Below are positions 45,528-55,144 of a stretch of DNA of 64,000 nucleotides, in pieces. Origin of the DNA: Candidatus Binataceae bacterium (GTDB lineage: Bacteria; Desulfobacterota; Binatia; Binatales; Binataceae); NCBI GenBank assembly GCA_035531675.1, contig DATKSL010000041.1, forward strand, positions 32,696 through 96,695, read 5' to 3'. Under the pieces are notes generated by a model, which was not told where the DNA came from, did no database searches, and worked only from the letters and a program-made list of their open reading frames with translations. A program made the position numbers and the translations under genes. Every line of letters begins with the position of its first letter. The stretch's first letter is position 1.

Positions 45528-47318
45528 TCAATCCCGGTACATCGCCTCGATCTGTTCGCGATAGTGCGCCATCACCACCCGCCGGCGCAGCTTGAGGGTC
45601 GGCGTGAGTTCACCGTTGTCCTGCGAGAACGGATCGGCGATGAGCGTGAAGGCGGAGATCGCCTCGAAATCGGCCAGCGTGCGGTTGAACTCGCGGATCC
45701 GGCGTTGGAACAGCGCTTTGAGGGCCTTTTCGTTGATCAGATCCGCGGGCGGTTTCGCTGCTATCCCGTCGCGCCGAAGCTGCTCGGCGAGCTGCTCGAA
45801 ATCGGGCACGATCAGCGCCGCCAGATGCTTGCGCCGATCGCCGACGATGCAGACCTGCGCGATATACGGATCGTTGCTCAGGCGGGTTTCGAGGTTGGCG
45901 GGCGAGACGTTCTTGCCACCCGACAGCACGATGATCTCCTTTTTCCGATCGACGATCGCGATATAGCCGTCGTTGTCGATCCGCGCGATGTCGCCGGTAA
46001 GGAGCCAGCCGTCGCCGTCCAGCGCCTCGCGCGTTTCATCCTCGCGCCCGAAGTAGCCCTTCATCACGTTCGGCCCGTGCACCAGCAATTCACCGTCGCC
46101 GGCGGTCTTGACCTCGACGTTGACCAGCGGCCGCCCGACGGTGCCGATACGCGTGCGTCCCGGCAGGTTCACCGATACCACCGGGCCGGCCTCGGTGAGT
46201 CCGTAGCCTTCATAGATCGGCACTTCGGCGGCGGACAGGAACTCGAAGATTTCGACCGGCAGCGGCGCGCCGCCCGAGATCAGGTAGCGCATGCGATCGC
46301 CGAAGATCGCTCGAATGCGGCCGAACACCAGGCGCCGGAACAATGCCATCGCGAGTGCCAGATGCGGCGGGACCGTGGCCCCGCGATGGCGGTACGCGGC
46401 GGCCCGTTTGCCGATTCCAAGCGCGCTGTGGAACAGCCGGCGGCGCGCTCCCGAAGCCTCGTCGACGGACCGCATCACGCGGTTGTAGACCACCTCGAGC
46501 AGGCGCGGCACGACCAGGAAGACCGTCGGGCGAATCGATTGCAGGTCCTGCGCGATTTGCGACAGCCCCTCGGCGTAGGCGATCGTCCCGCCGCACATCG
46601 TGACCGTGTAGTAGCCGGCCGTGCGTTCGAAGGAGTGGGCGATCGGCAGAAACGACAGCACCACGTCGCGCTGGTCGAGCTCCAGCGCGTTCAGCGAGCC
46701 CTCGCAATTGCCGATCAGGTTGCCGTGGGTGAGCATCGCACCCTTGCTCGGGCCGGTGGTGCCGGAAGTGTAGATGAGGGTGGCGAGGTCTTCGCGGCGG
46801 CCGTCGATCGCGGCCATCGGCGACGCTGCGCTCATCGCGGCCAGGGTCGCGACCGGCGGCGCCGCGGCGCCGGTTTCCGGGGCGGCCTCGGAATCGAGCA
46901 TCACAATCCGCTCGAGTTTAGGGATCGACGGCGCCAGCGCGAGGATTTTTCTGAGCGACTCGGCGCCCTTGACGGCAATCAGCCGCGCGCCGGAATCATT
47001 GAGGACGTGGGCGGTCTCCTCGGCGGCGATAGTCGTATAAAGCGGCACCACCACGCCGCCCATCCCCAGCACCGCCTGGTCGGCGATCACCCATTGCGGT
47101 GAGTTCTCGGCCAGAATCGCGACCCGATCGCCGGGCTTGATTCCCGCTCCGACCAGGCCCGCGCGCAGCCGCGACGCCGCCGCGCCGATTTCGTTCCACG
47201 AGTAGCCGCGCCAGGCCTTGCCGGCCCTCTCCTTGAGTAGGATATGGTCGCCGAATCTGCCGACCCTTTCCTCGAAGGCGAGGGCCAGGGTTTGGTCGTT
47301 CAGCGTTACGCGTCGCAC
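45528..47318 (-). CDS. Long-chain-fatty-acid--CoA ligase (AMP-binding/ANL superfamily)
   Basis: 596 aa. AMP-binding motif IYTSGTTGPSKGAMLTHGNL, then GYGLTE and the C-terminal domain. Confidence 0.8.
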   Translation of the reverse strand: MRRVTLNDQTLALAFEERVGRFGDHILLKERAGKAWRGYSWNEIGAAASRLRAGLVGAGIKPGDRVAILAENSPQWVIADQAVLGMGGVVVPLYTTIAAEETAHVLNDSGARLIAVKGAESLRKILALAPSIPKLERIVMLDSEAAPETGAAAPPVATLAAMSAASPMAAIDGRREDLATLIYTSGTTGPSKGAMLTHGNLIGNCEGSLNALELDQRDVVLSFLPIAHSFERTAGYYTVTMCGGTIAYAEGLSQIAQDLQSIRPTVFLVVPRLLEVVYNRVMRSVDEASGARRRLFHSALGIGKRAAAYRHRGATVPPHLALAMALFRRLVFGRIRAIFGDRMRYLISGGAPLPVEIFEFLSAAEVPIYEGYGLTEAGPVVSVNLPGRTRIGTVGRPLVNVEVKTAGDGELLVHGPNVMKGYFGREDETREALDGDGWLLTGDIARIDNDGYIAIVDRKKEIIVLSGGKNVSPANLETRLSNDPYIAQVCIVGDRRKHLAALIVPDFEQLAEQLRRDGIAAKPPADLINEKALKALFQRRIREFNRTLADFEAISAFTLIADPFSQDNGELTPTLKLRRRVVMAHYREQIEAMYRD

Positions 47319-47518
47319 GATACAGATACTCCCGCTTCCATTAGGCGAACTTCAAATTGATCGCTTTCAGTAGCAAAATCACTTCAGGATTGATATCGTC
47401 TTCGGCGATTCGGTGGCGATGCGATAGAGCCGAAACCGGCGCCCGGGGGATTCATGGCGAATCACCGGGATCACGACGACCGGAGCTAGCGCCGACGCCA
47501 ACCAGGACGACACCAGAA

Positions 47519-48541
47519 GTGATCGACGATAGTTTTCCGCCCGTTACGGCGGCCTCGAACCGCTCGCGCGGCCTCCATCGGTGGGCGCTGTTGGCCGCCA
47601 TCATGACCTTTATCCTGATCTTTGTGGGCGGCCTTGTCACGACCACGGGCTCGGGCCTGTCGGTACCCGATTGGCCGCTGGCCTTCGGCAAGCTGGTGCC
47701 GCCACACTGGGTCGGCGGTATCCGCTTCGAGTACAGCCATCGGGTGGCGGCGGGGACGGTCACGATTCTGACCTTCTCGCTGGCCGTCTGGGCCTGGATG
47801 GCTGAGGCGCGGCGCTGGGTCAGGAACCTGGCCCTGGCGGCCTGCGGATTAGTAATCGCGCAGGCGCTGCTCGGCGCGATGAACGTGCTGTTCCGGTTGC
47901 CGCTGCCGGTGACGGTCGCCCACGCCGCCATCGCACCCGCGTTTTTCTGCCTGATGGTGGGACTCGCGATGTTCACCAATCCGAGCTGGGATGCGATGCT
48001 GCCGGCACGTACCGCCGACCGCGCGCGCCCGACGCTCAGGACTCTCACCGTGCTCACCGTCGCCGCCGTCTACCTGCAGATAATTATTGGCGCGTTGATG
48101 CGGAACATGGGCGCGGGGCTGGCGATTCCCGATTTTCCGCTGAACTATGGACACCTGGTGCCGCCCGGCTGGAGCGCTCCAATCGCGGTGAATTTCGCGC
48201 ATCGATGCGGCGCGCTGGTGGTCACGATTCTGGTGGTGTGGACCGTCGCCCGCATCGCCCGGCGCCATCGCGATGAGCCGCGCCTGATGCGGCCCGCGAT
48301 CGGCCTGCTGACCCTGCTGGCGATACAAATCACGCTCGGGGCGCTGACTATCTGGACCCGCCGCGCGATGCTTCCGACCACCGCTCACGTGGCGGTCGGC
48401 GCGGGCGTGCTGGCGACCGCGTTCTTCCTGTCGATTCGGGTCGCCCGCCTGACGCGCGTTGCCGATGCGGCCCAGGCGCCGGCGGCACAGCCTGACTATG
48501 CGCGCGACCGCACGGTCGCCGGCCGCGGGGTGGCATCATGA
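47519..48541 (+). CDS. ctaA: Heme A synthase CtaA (COX15 family); start uncertain
   Basis: 8 TM helices with conserved His pairs. The track ORF starts at 47357, only 39 bp from the divergent ligase start, and its first about 50 codons have low GC3. I propose the GTG at 47519 (341 aa) as the start. Confidence 0.65.
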   Translation: MIDDSFPPVTAASNRSRGLHRWALLAAIMTFILIFVGGLVTTTGSGLSVPDWPLAFGKLVPPHWVGGIRFEYSHRVAAGTVTILTFSLAVWAWMAEARRWVRNLALAACGLVIAQALLGAMNVLFRLPLPVTVAHAAIAPAFFCLMVGLAMFTNPSWDAMLPARTADRARPTLRTLTVLTVAAVYLQIIIGALMRNMGAGLAIPDFPLNYGHLVPPGWSAPIAVNFAHRCGALVVTILVVWTVARIARRHRDEPRLMRPAIGLLTLLAIQITLGALTIWTRRAMLPTTAHVAVGAGVLATAFFLSIRVARLTRVADAAQAPAAQPDYARDRTVAGRGVAS

Positions 48542-49440
48542 GCGCCGAAGCGGCAGCGGTCGCGACCTCGATGGGCGGCGCGCGGCGCCGGCTGGCGGAT
48601 TATTTCGCGCTCACCAAGCCGCGCGTGGTTTCGATGGTCCTGGTGACGGCCTTCGCCGGCTATTATCTCGGCGCCGGCGGCGCGATGAACCCGATGCTGG
48701 CGCTGAACCTGTTGATTGGCACTGCGTTCGCGGCGGGCGGCACGCTGGCGCTCAATCAGTACTTCGAGCGCGACCTCGATGCGCTGATGGAACGGACGCG
48801 GCGCCGGCCGCTGCCCGCAGCGCGTTTGCGTCCAATCGAAGGGCTGCTGTTCGGCGTGCTCACGACGGTCGTCGGTCTGTTCTGGCTGATAGTCACGGTC
48901 AACTGGATGTCGGCCGCAGTGATCGCCGCCATCACGGTGCTCTATCTCGGCGCCTACACGCCGCTCAAGCGCGTCTCGTGGGCCTGCAACATTATCGGCG
49001 CGGTGCCGGGCGCGCTGCCGCCGGTGGCGGGCTGGGTGGCGGCGCGATCGACCATCGGGGCCGAACCGATCCTGCTGTTCGCGATCATGTATTTCTGGCA
49101 GCTCCCCCATACGCTGGGGATCGCGCGGCTCTACCGGCGCGACTACGAGGCCGCCGGAATCCACCTTTGCCCGCCCGATGGACCGCGCGGACTGTTCATC
49201 AACGCGCTGATCGTCACCGACTGCGTGATGCTGGTGGCGGTGAGCATGCTGCCGGCGCTGATGGGCTTCGCGGGGCGAATTTACCTGGCCGTCGCGATCG
49301 TGCTGGGCGTCGGGATGCTGGCGTGCGGCTACGGCCTGATTCGCACTCCCGACCGCGCCGCCGCGACGCGCCGCGTCATCATGGCATCGCTGGTCTACCT
49401 GCCGGTGGTCCTGCTGGTGCTGGTGATCGATCGGATCTGA
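48538..49440 (+). CDS. ctaB: Protoheme IX farnesyltransferase (heme O synthase) CtaB/CyoE
   Basis: 300 aa UbiA-family prenyltransferase, overlapping the ctaA stop. Confidence 0.85.
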   Translation: MSAEAAAVATSMGGARRRLADYFALTKPRVVSMVLVTAFAGYYLGAGGAMNPMLALNLLIGTAFAAGGTLALNQYFERDLDALMERTRRRPLPAARLRPIEGLLFGVLTTVVGLFWLIVTVNWMSAAVIAAITVLYLGAYTPLKRVSWACNIIGAVPGALPPVAGWVAARSTIGAEPILLFAIMYFWQLPHTLGIARLYRRDYEAAGIHLCPPDGPRGLFINALIVTDCVMLVAVSMLPALMGFAGRIYLAVAIVLGVGMLACGYGLIRTPDRAAATRRVIMASLVYLPVVLLVLVIDRI

Positions 49441-49464
49441 AGATGGGCGCGCGGTGATCGAGGG

Positions 49465-49956
49465 TTGATTTCCTACGCCACACTGCCGCTTCTGAACGCT
49501 GTGTTCAACAGCATCGCGGCGGTGCTGCTGGTGGCTGGATTGATCTTCATCCGGCGCGGCGCGGTGCGAGCCCATCGCGCCTGCATGCTGTCCGCGGTGG
49601 GCGTCTCGGTCGCGTTCCTGATTTCGTACATCACTTATCACGCGCATGCCGGCGACGTGCGGTTCCTTGGCCGCGGCCTGATTCGCCCGGTCTATTTCAC
49701 GATTCTGATTACGCACGTCACGCTCGCCTTCGTGATCGTTCCGCTGGTGATTATCACGCTGTGGCGCGCGCTCGCCGGCCGCTTCGGCGCCCACCGTGCG
49801 ATTGCGCGCTGGACCTGGCCAATCTGGATGTACGTCTCGGTGACCGGCGTAATCGTCTACCTGATGGTCTACCGGATCTATCCGCATTCGCCGATCGCGC
49901 AGGCACCGGCAGCCCGCGTGGTCGCCGCCTCGTCAGCTTCGACTCCTGCCCGCTGA
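49465..49956 (+). CDS. DUF420 family membrane protein (cytochrome oxidase biogenesis-associated)
   Basis: 163 aa with 4 TM helices and conserved His. It is in the typical location after ctaA/ctaB. Confidence 0.6.
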   Translation: MISYATLPLLNAVFNSIAAVLLVAGLIFIRRGAVRAHRACMLSAVGVSVAFLISYITYHAHAGDVRFLGRGLIRPVYFTILITHVTLAFVIVPLVIITLWRALAGRFGAHRAIARWTWPIWMYVSVTGVIVYLMVYRIYPHSPIAQAPAARVVAASSASTPAR

Positions 49957-50052
49957 TCGTCAGGCTGCGGCGCGTTAGGCGCTGGCGCCGCAGCTCTGGT
50001 AGCATCCGCCCCGCATCGGTCGTGGGGGAAACGACCGCCAGCTCGCTGTGGG

Positions 50053-51321
50053 GTGTCGAACATGACGGGGACCAACGCAACGGAAGCGTCGTCTTACCGA
50101 TGGCTCGTTGAAGCGCTGCTCGTGCTGCTGCTGATCGCGCAGGCGGTCGCGTGGATGTCGCCGGCGCCGATCCTGGCTCCGATTATCCATCATCTTCGCA
50201 TCGGGCTCGGCGCCGGCGGCCTGCTGATCTCGATCGTCCCGGCCTGCATCGTGATTTTCTCGCTGGTCGGCGGCGTGGTCTCCGAGCGGCTCGGCGCGGT
50301 GCGCACCGGCATCGTCGGTGCGTGGGCGATGACGGTCGGGCTGGTGCTGAGCGGCTATACCGACAGCTTCATCCCGCTGCTGGGGTGCCGCGTGCTGATG
50401 GGCCTCGGCTATGGCGTCCTGCTGGCGCCGATCGCGACGCTGGTGATGGGCTGGTTTCCGCCGCGGGAATGGGCCTACGTCAATATCGCGAATTCGATCG
50501 CGCCGTTCGCCGGGCTGACGCTGGTGTTTGCCATCATGCCGCTGATCTATGCCGCCACCGGCAAGCACTGGGCGACCTCGATGTTGTACGCCGGACTCGG
50601 CGTCGGTGCGATCGCGATCCTGTGGAGCGTGCTCGGCCGCGAGCCGCGTCGCGCCGGCGCGCAGGGCGAAGCGGGCGGCCATGGCGGCGGAGTCAGCGGC
50701 TCCTCGCTGCCTGAGGTGATCGGGATGCGCGGCGTCAGGCTGGTGGGCGTCGCGCTGTTCGGCAGCCTCTGGACGTTCCAGATCTTCGCCGCCTTCCTGC
50801 CGCTCTATCTGCATGCGACTCACGGCATGTCGCTCGACGAGGCCGACGGGATCGTCGCGATTCTGCCGCTCACGGCGGCGTTTGCTGCGGCCGGAGGCGG
50901 ATTGGGCGCGGCCATCACGGGGCTGCGCCGGCCGTTCATGTGGCCGATACAGGCGCTGATGTTCGTCGGTGCGCTCGGCGCAGTCAGCTTTCACGATCCG
51001 ACTGCGATCCGGCTGTCGATGGTCGCCTTCGGGGCCGGCACTTCCGGACCGCTCAGCGGAATTCTCACCACCATGATGGAGCTGCCGGGAATGACGCCGG
51101 TGAAGATGGGCGGCGCGTACGGCGTGGTCTGGGCGATGGGCTTTCTGGGGGCGTTCGTTTCGCCATTTCTCGGCGGCGCGATCGCGGGCTACATCGGGCT
51201 GCTGCCGGTGTTGATGATGTTTACCGTCTTCGCGTTACTCGCGACGCTGGCCCTCTACCTGCTGCCCGAGACCGGACCCGGCCGCCGCCGCGTCGAGGTA
51301 TCAGCGGTCGGCCAGGCCTGA
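50053..51321 (+). CDS. MFS transporter
   Basis: 422 aa with 12 TM helices and an MFS signature region GxLaDrxGrR-like (…SERLGAVRTG…). Confidence 0.75.
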   Translation: MSNMTGTNATEASSYRWLVEALLVLLLIAQAVAWMSPAPILAPIIHHLRIGLGAGGLLISIVPACIVIFSLVGGVVSERLGAVRTGIVGAWAMTVGLVLSGYTDSFIPLLGCRVLMGLGYGVLLAPIATLVMGWFPPREWAYVNIANSIAPFAGLTLVFAIMPLIYAATGKHWATSMLYAGLGVGAIAILWSVLGREPRRAGAQGEAGGHGGGVSGSSLPEVIGMRGVRLVGVALFGSLWTFQIFAAFLPLYLHATHGMSLDEADGIVAILPLTAAFAAAGGGLGAAITGLRRPFMWPIQALMFVGALGAVSFHDPTAIRLSMVAFGAGTSGPLSGILTTMMELPGMTPVKMGGAYGVVWAMGFLGAFVSPFLGGAIAGYIGLLPVLMMFTVFALLATLALYLLPETGPGRRRVEVSAVGQA

Positions 51322-53465
51322 TGCTCCGCGCCCGCAGCGCCGAGGAATGGCGTGATCAACTCGGGCGGCGGTGACGACCTGAGTTGCTCGGCGGCCGCAA
51401 CGAGGCGGGTGCGATCGAAGATCAGGAGCAGCGGCTTGACGAGGTCGCGCTGAGGCTTTGAAGCCGGCGTCCATCGGACCGGCGCCGGGTAAAATATCTC
51501 GACCGCCTGATCGCGATAGCGATCGATCAGAGGCTTTACCGCTGGGTACGAGCCTGCCACCGCGATGCCAATTTTGCCCTTGTCAGCGCTGAACGCACCC
51601 CAGTCCTGGTAGGCGTCCGGCGCCGTGTCGATCAGCCAGTCAGCCGGCAACAGGCCCTGCTGCTTGAGGACCGACGGCGATAACTGCGCCGGGTTGTGGC
51701 CGGCCGCCAGGTATTTGGCAACCGCCTCCAGGATCGTGTCGCAGCGGATGGAAACCGCGCGCGTCTCGAGATAGACGGGGCTCAGTTTTCCGTAAGCGGC
51801 GAAAGCCTCGGGTGGGATCTTATAGACGCTGAAACCGTCGCGGCGCGAAGGCGGTATGCCGAGGCTCTCCAGAACCCGCCGCCAAACCGGAAACAGCGGC
51901 GCTTGCCGATCCACGACCACCGCCTGTACTCCGAAGCGCGCGAGATATGCCTTGAGCTGGTCGCCTGCCTCGGGCAGGTCGACCCCGCCATAGAAGAACT
52001 GTAACACGGGCACGAACGGCCACGGCCCGGTGTAGCCGCCCGCCATGCGGAAGTACATATCGGTGCGCGCCTGCCAGTACATCGAGGAACCCCGCTGCCC
52101 GAACGGCAGCACCAGTACAAGCTCGTGCGGCTTGAGTTCCGTACGATAGGCGCCGCCGCGTGCGAAAAACGCCGGCAACTCGAGCGGACTTGTCCAGAAC
52201 GACGCGTGTGGATTCGGAAACAGCGAGATCGCGATCGCGACTGCCGCCAGCGATCTGGTCGCTGCCGAGCGTGCGCCGCCCGCAAACCACAGTGCGCCGA
52301 TGATCGCGATTACCAGGTCGGCGTAGATCATGAAGCGCGCCGGCAGCGCGCTCGAGATGAGCGGCAGCTTCAGCATCAGCGCCCACGGCAGCGAAAACGT
52401 CTCCCGTCCCATGATGCGCAGTGCGGGGCCCAGCGCCGCGAGCAGCAGGATCAGCAGCAGCAGGATCAGAAACTTCCCCGCCGGTGTTGCCCAGTTGCGG
52501 CGGCGGAAATCCTCGGCCAGAACAATCAGCGGGATGCCCAGATAGGCGCCGGTTTCCTGAACGTAGCCGCCGAAGCTGGCGGCGATTGCCGCGGCCGGAT
52601 GCGCCGCACCGATCCAGGCGGTAGTGGTCGGGATTACGAAGTTCAGGAGATCGGCGGAATAGCGCCCGGGATCCCATAGCGGCGCATGCGGGATGCCGCG
52701 GGCAAACAGGAAATAGAAATAGGGCGACAGGAGCGCGATCGAGATCGCGTAGGCAACCGCGGTCGGCGCAATCAGGCCGGCGATTCTGGAGCGGGTCTCC
52801 GCATCGAACAACCAGATCGCCAGCAGTATCGCGACCGCGCCGAATACCGTGATGGTGGCGAACAACTCGACCGCGCAAAGAAACTCGATTACCACCATCA
52901 ACGCCAGCATCGCCGCATAGCGCCGGGCCGAGATCTCGCCCGCGATCCGTCGCAGCGCAATGATCGCGATTAGAGGTATCGGGAAGACCGCGAGCAGGCT
53001 CAAATGACCCAGTGCGCGGCCGAGCATGTAGGGCGAAAAGCCGAACAGGTAGCCGCCCAGTATCGAAGGCCAGAAAGCATGGGTCAGTCGGCGACATAGT
53101 ATGAAGGCGCATAACGCCGCCGCCGGCATCGCGACCGTCACCAGCGTGTTGTAGGCGGTTATCAGGCCGAAGGCGCTTTGAATCGGCGCCGAGACCATCG
53201 CCAGCAACGGCACGCAGGTAGTCCAGGCCAGATTGACTCCCATCGGCGCCCACACCATGTGGGTCCAGAACGGGTTGAGCCGATGCGCAATCGCGTACGG
53301 CCACCATTTCAGGAACCACATCAGCATCGGCGGATCGGTGCCGGTGCCGAGGTATTGCGGGACGCGCGCGCCAATCAGGCCGCGGTCGAGCAGCGCTATC
53401 GCAATCGCAAGGTAGATGGCAAAGGCGACCAGGGATTGGGCGCGGCGATCGGATAAACGAGTCAA
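51255..53465 (-). CDS. Large polytopic membrane protein with C-terminal soluble domain (YfhO/GT-C-like, unknown function)
   Basis: 736 aa. The N-terminal about 430 aa hold at least 12 TM helices, and the C-terminal about 300 aa are soluble. It overlaps the convergent MFS gene by 67 nt. Confidence 0.5.
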   Translation of the reverse strand: MTRLSDRRAQSLVAFAIYLAIAIALLDRGLIGARVPQYLGTGTDPPMLMWFLKWWPYAIAHRLNPFWTHMVWAPMGVNLAWTTCVPLLAMVSAPIQSAFGLITAYNTLVTVAMPAAALCAFILCRRLTHAFWPSILGGYLFGFSPYMLGRALGHLSLLAVFPIPLIAIIALRRIAGEISARRYAAMLALMVVIEFLCAVELFATITVFGAVAILLAIWLFDAETRSRIAGLIAPTAVAYAISIALLSPYFYFLFARGIPHAPLWDPGRYSADLLNFVIPTTTAWIGAAHPAAAIAASFGGYVQETGAYLGIPLIVLAEDFRRRNWATPAGKFLILLLLILLLAALGPALRIMGRETFSLPWALMLKLPLISSALPARFMIYADLVIAIIGALWFAGGARSAATRSLAAVAIAISLFPNPHASFWTSPLELPAFFARGGAYRTELKPHELVLVLPFGQRGSSMYWQARTDMYFRMAGGYTGPWPFVPVLQFFYGGVDLPEAGDQLKAYLARFGVQAVVVDRQAPLFPVWRRVLESLGIPPSRRDGFSVYKIPPEAFAAYGKLSPVYLETRAVSIRCDTILEAVAKYLAAGHNPAQLSPSVLKQQGLLPADWLIDTAPDAYQDWGAFSADKGKIGIAVAGSYPAVKPLIDRYRDQAVEIFYPAPVRWTPASKPQRDLVKPLLLIFDRTRLVAAAEQLRSSPPPELITPFLGAAGAEHQAWPTADTSTRRRPGPVSGSR

Positions 53466-53637
53466 AGTTGCGGGCCAGCGTAATCGCTGCCGATGCTATT
53501 TGCCACCGACCAGACGGGCTCGGCGGGCACGCCGGCCGGCGTCCTGATTATCAAACTTGAATACCGAAACCAGCAGCGCTTATACTCGGCCGTGAGCCAA
53601 CCCCGAGCGTGCCTCGACCCGGATTTGGAAGGAAGCC

Positions 53638-55137
53638 ATGCCCGATCGCGACTTCTTTGATCTTCGCACCGCGCTTGAACATCTCGACCGCCACGGCGAG
53701 CTGGCCCGCGTCGAGGGCGAAGTCGACTGGAACCTGGAACTCGGGATGCTGGCGCGCGAGGTGCAGAGCCGCAAGGGTCCGGCGCTGCTGTTCACCAATA
53801 TCAAGGACTACCAGGCGCCCGGCGCGCGATGCGCGCAGTTGACCACCGGCCTGCTCGGCAGCACGCGGCGGCTGTCGCTGATGTTCGGTTTCGAGGACGA
53901 GCAGCCCAATCGCACGCTGATGGAGTACGTGCTGGAGCGCAATCGGCGGCTGGTGCCGCCGGTGATCGTCGATCGTGGACCGGTGCACGAGAACGTGGTG
54001 ACCGGCAAGGATATCGATCTGGCGCAACTGCCGGTGCCGCAATGGCATCGCCTCGACGGCGGGCGTTATGTCGGCACGATGGGCTGCGTGGTCACCAAGG
54101 ACCCCGAGAGCCAGCGCGTCAACGTCGGCGTCTACCGTAGCATGCTTGCCGATCGCGATAAGATGGCGACGCTGCTGGTCAGGTCGCAGGGCTGGGGTGG
54201 CCACTTCACCAAGTACGAGGCGATGGGCCAGCCGATGCCGACCGCGTGGGTGCTCGGCTGGGATCCGATCATGGATTTTGTCGCCTCGACGCCGCATCCG
54301 GTCGAGATTTGCGAGTACGACGTGATGGGCGGTTATCGGGGCCGCCCGGTGCCGCTGGTCAAGTGCAAGACGGTACCGCTCGAGGTGCCGGCCACGGCGG
54401 AAATCGTCATCGAAGGTTTCGTCTCGCCCGACCCGGCGACGATGCGCCTCGAGGGGCCGTTCGCCGAGTTCACCCAGTATCTTAGCGATCTGCCGACGAT
54501 GCGCCCGGTCGTGCAGGTCACCGCGATTACGCATCGCAACCAACCGATCTTTCGCGGCACGCTGGCCGGCGTCGAGAGCGCATACTACGGCGCGATTCAT
54601 CGCGGCGGCGCGGCCTGGAACGTGCTCCGCACCGCCGGCATCCCCGGCATCCTCGACGTCTACATCGAGCCGATCACCAACGGCACCACGATCATCGTGC
54701 AGATCAAGAAACATTACGAAGGACAGCCCAAGCAGATCGCCGCCGCGCTGTGGGGCTCGAACGCCGCGAACTACGCCTACAAACGGGTGATTGTGGTCGA
54801 CGACGACATCGATCCGTCGGACCATGACGCGGTGGAATGGGCGATCAACTATCGCGTCGACCCGGGCTCCGACGACGTGGTGACGATGCGCGGGGTCTTC
54901 GGCTCGCCGCTCGATCCGTCGATACCGCTGGAGCTGCGCAACACGCCGGAACTCGGCACCGGGCTGTGGACGCGGGTGGTGATCGACGCGACCCGCACCT
55001 GGCGCTTCCCGCGCCGGCCGGAATGGAACAACGAGAAATTTCCGCCCGTCAGCCGCAACCGGCCCGAGGATAGCGCGCTCATCCGCGATCGATGGGACCA
55101 GTATCGGATCAAAAAATGGCGCCCGGATACGTTCTAA
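53638..55137 (+). CDS. UbiD-family (prenylated-FMN-dependent) decarboxylase
   Basis: 499 aa. The UbiD-like fold is supported by …VGTMGCVVTKDPESQRVNVGVYR… and …EIVIEGFV…GPFAEFTQY…. A GGAAGGA RBS precedes it. Confidence 0.8.
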   Translation: MPDRDFFDLRTALEHLDRHGELARVEGEVDWNLELGMLAREVQSRKGPALLFTNIKDYQAPGARCAQLTTGLLGSTRRLSLMFGFEDEQPNRTLMEYVLERNRRLVPPVIVDRGPVHENVVTGKDIDLAQLPVPQWHRLDGGRYVGTMGCVVTKDPESQRVNVGVYRSMLADRDKMATLLVRSQGWGGHFTKYEAMGQPMPTAWVLGWDPIMDFVASTPHPVEICEYDVMGGYRGRPVPLVKCKTVPLEVPATAEIVIEGFVSPDPATMRLEGPFAEFTQYLSDLPTMRPVVQVTAITHRNQPIFRGTLAGVESAYYGAIHRGGAAWNVLRTAGIPGILDVYIEPITNGTTIIVQIKKHYEGQPKQIAAALWGSNAANYAYKRVIVVDDDIDPSDHDAVEWAINYRVDPGSDDVVTMRGVFGSPLDPSIPLELRNTPELGTGLWTRVVIDATRTWRFPRRPEWNNEKFPPVSRNRPEDSALIRDRWDQYRIKKWRPDTF

Positions 55138-55144
55138 TCGCTTT

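Noticed and set aside
47357-47518. N-terminal 54 codons of the ctaA track ORF
   Set aside because: Third-position GC drops sharply, and the ATG is only 39 bp from the divergent ligase start. The sequence is probably 5' UTR or promoter, and the real start is more likely the GTG at about 47519. This is uncertain, so the feature is reported with the shorter start.
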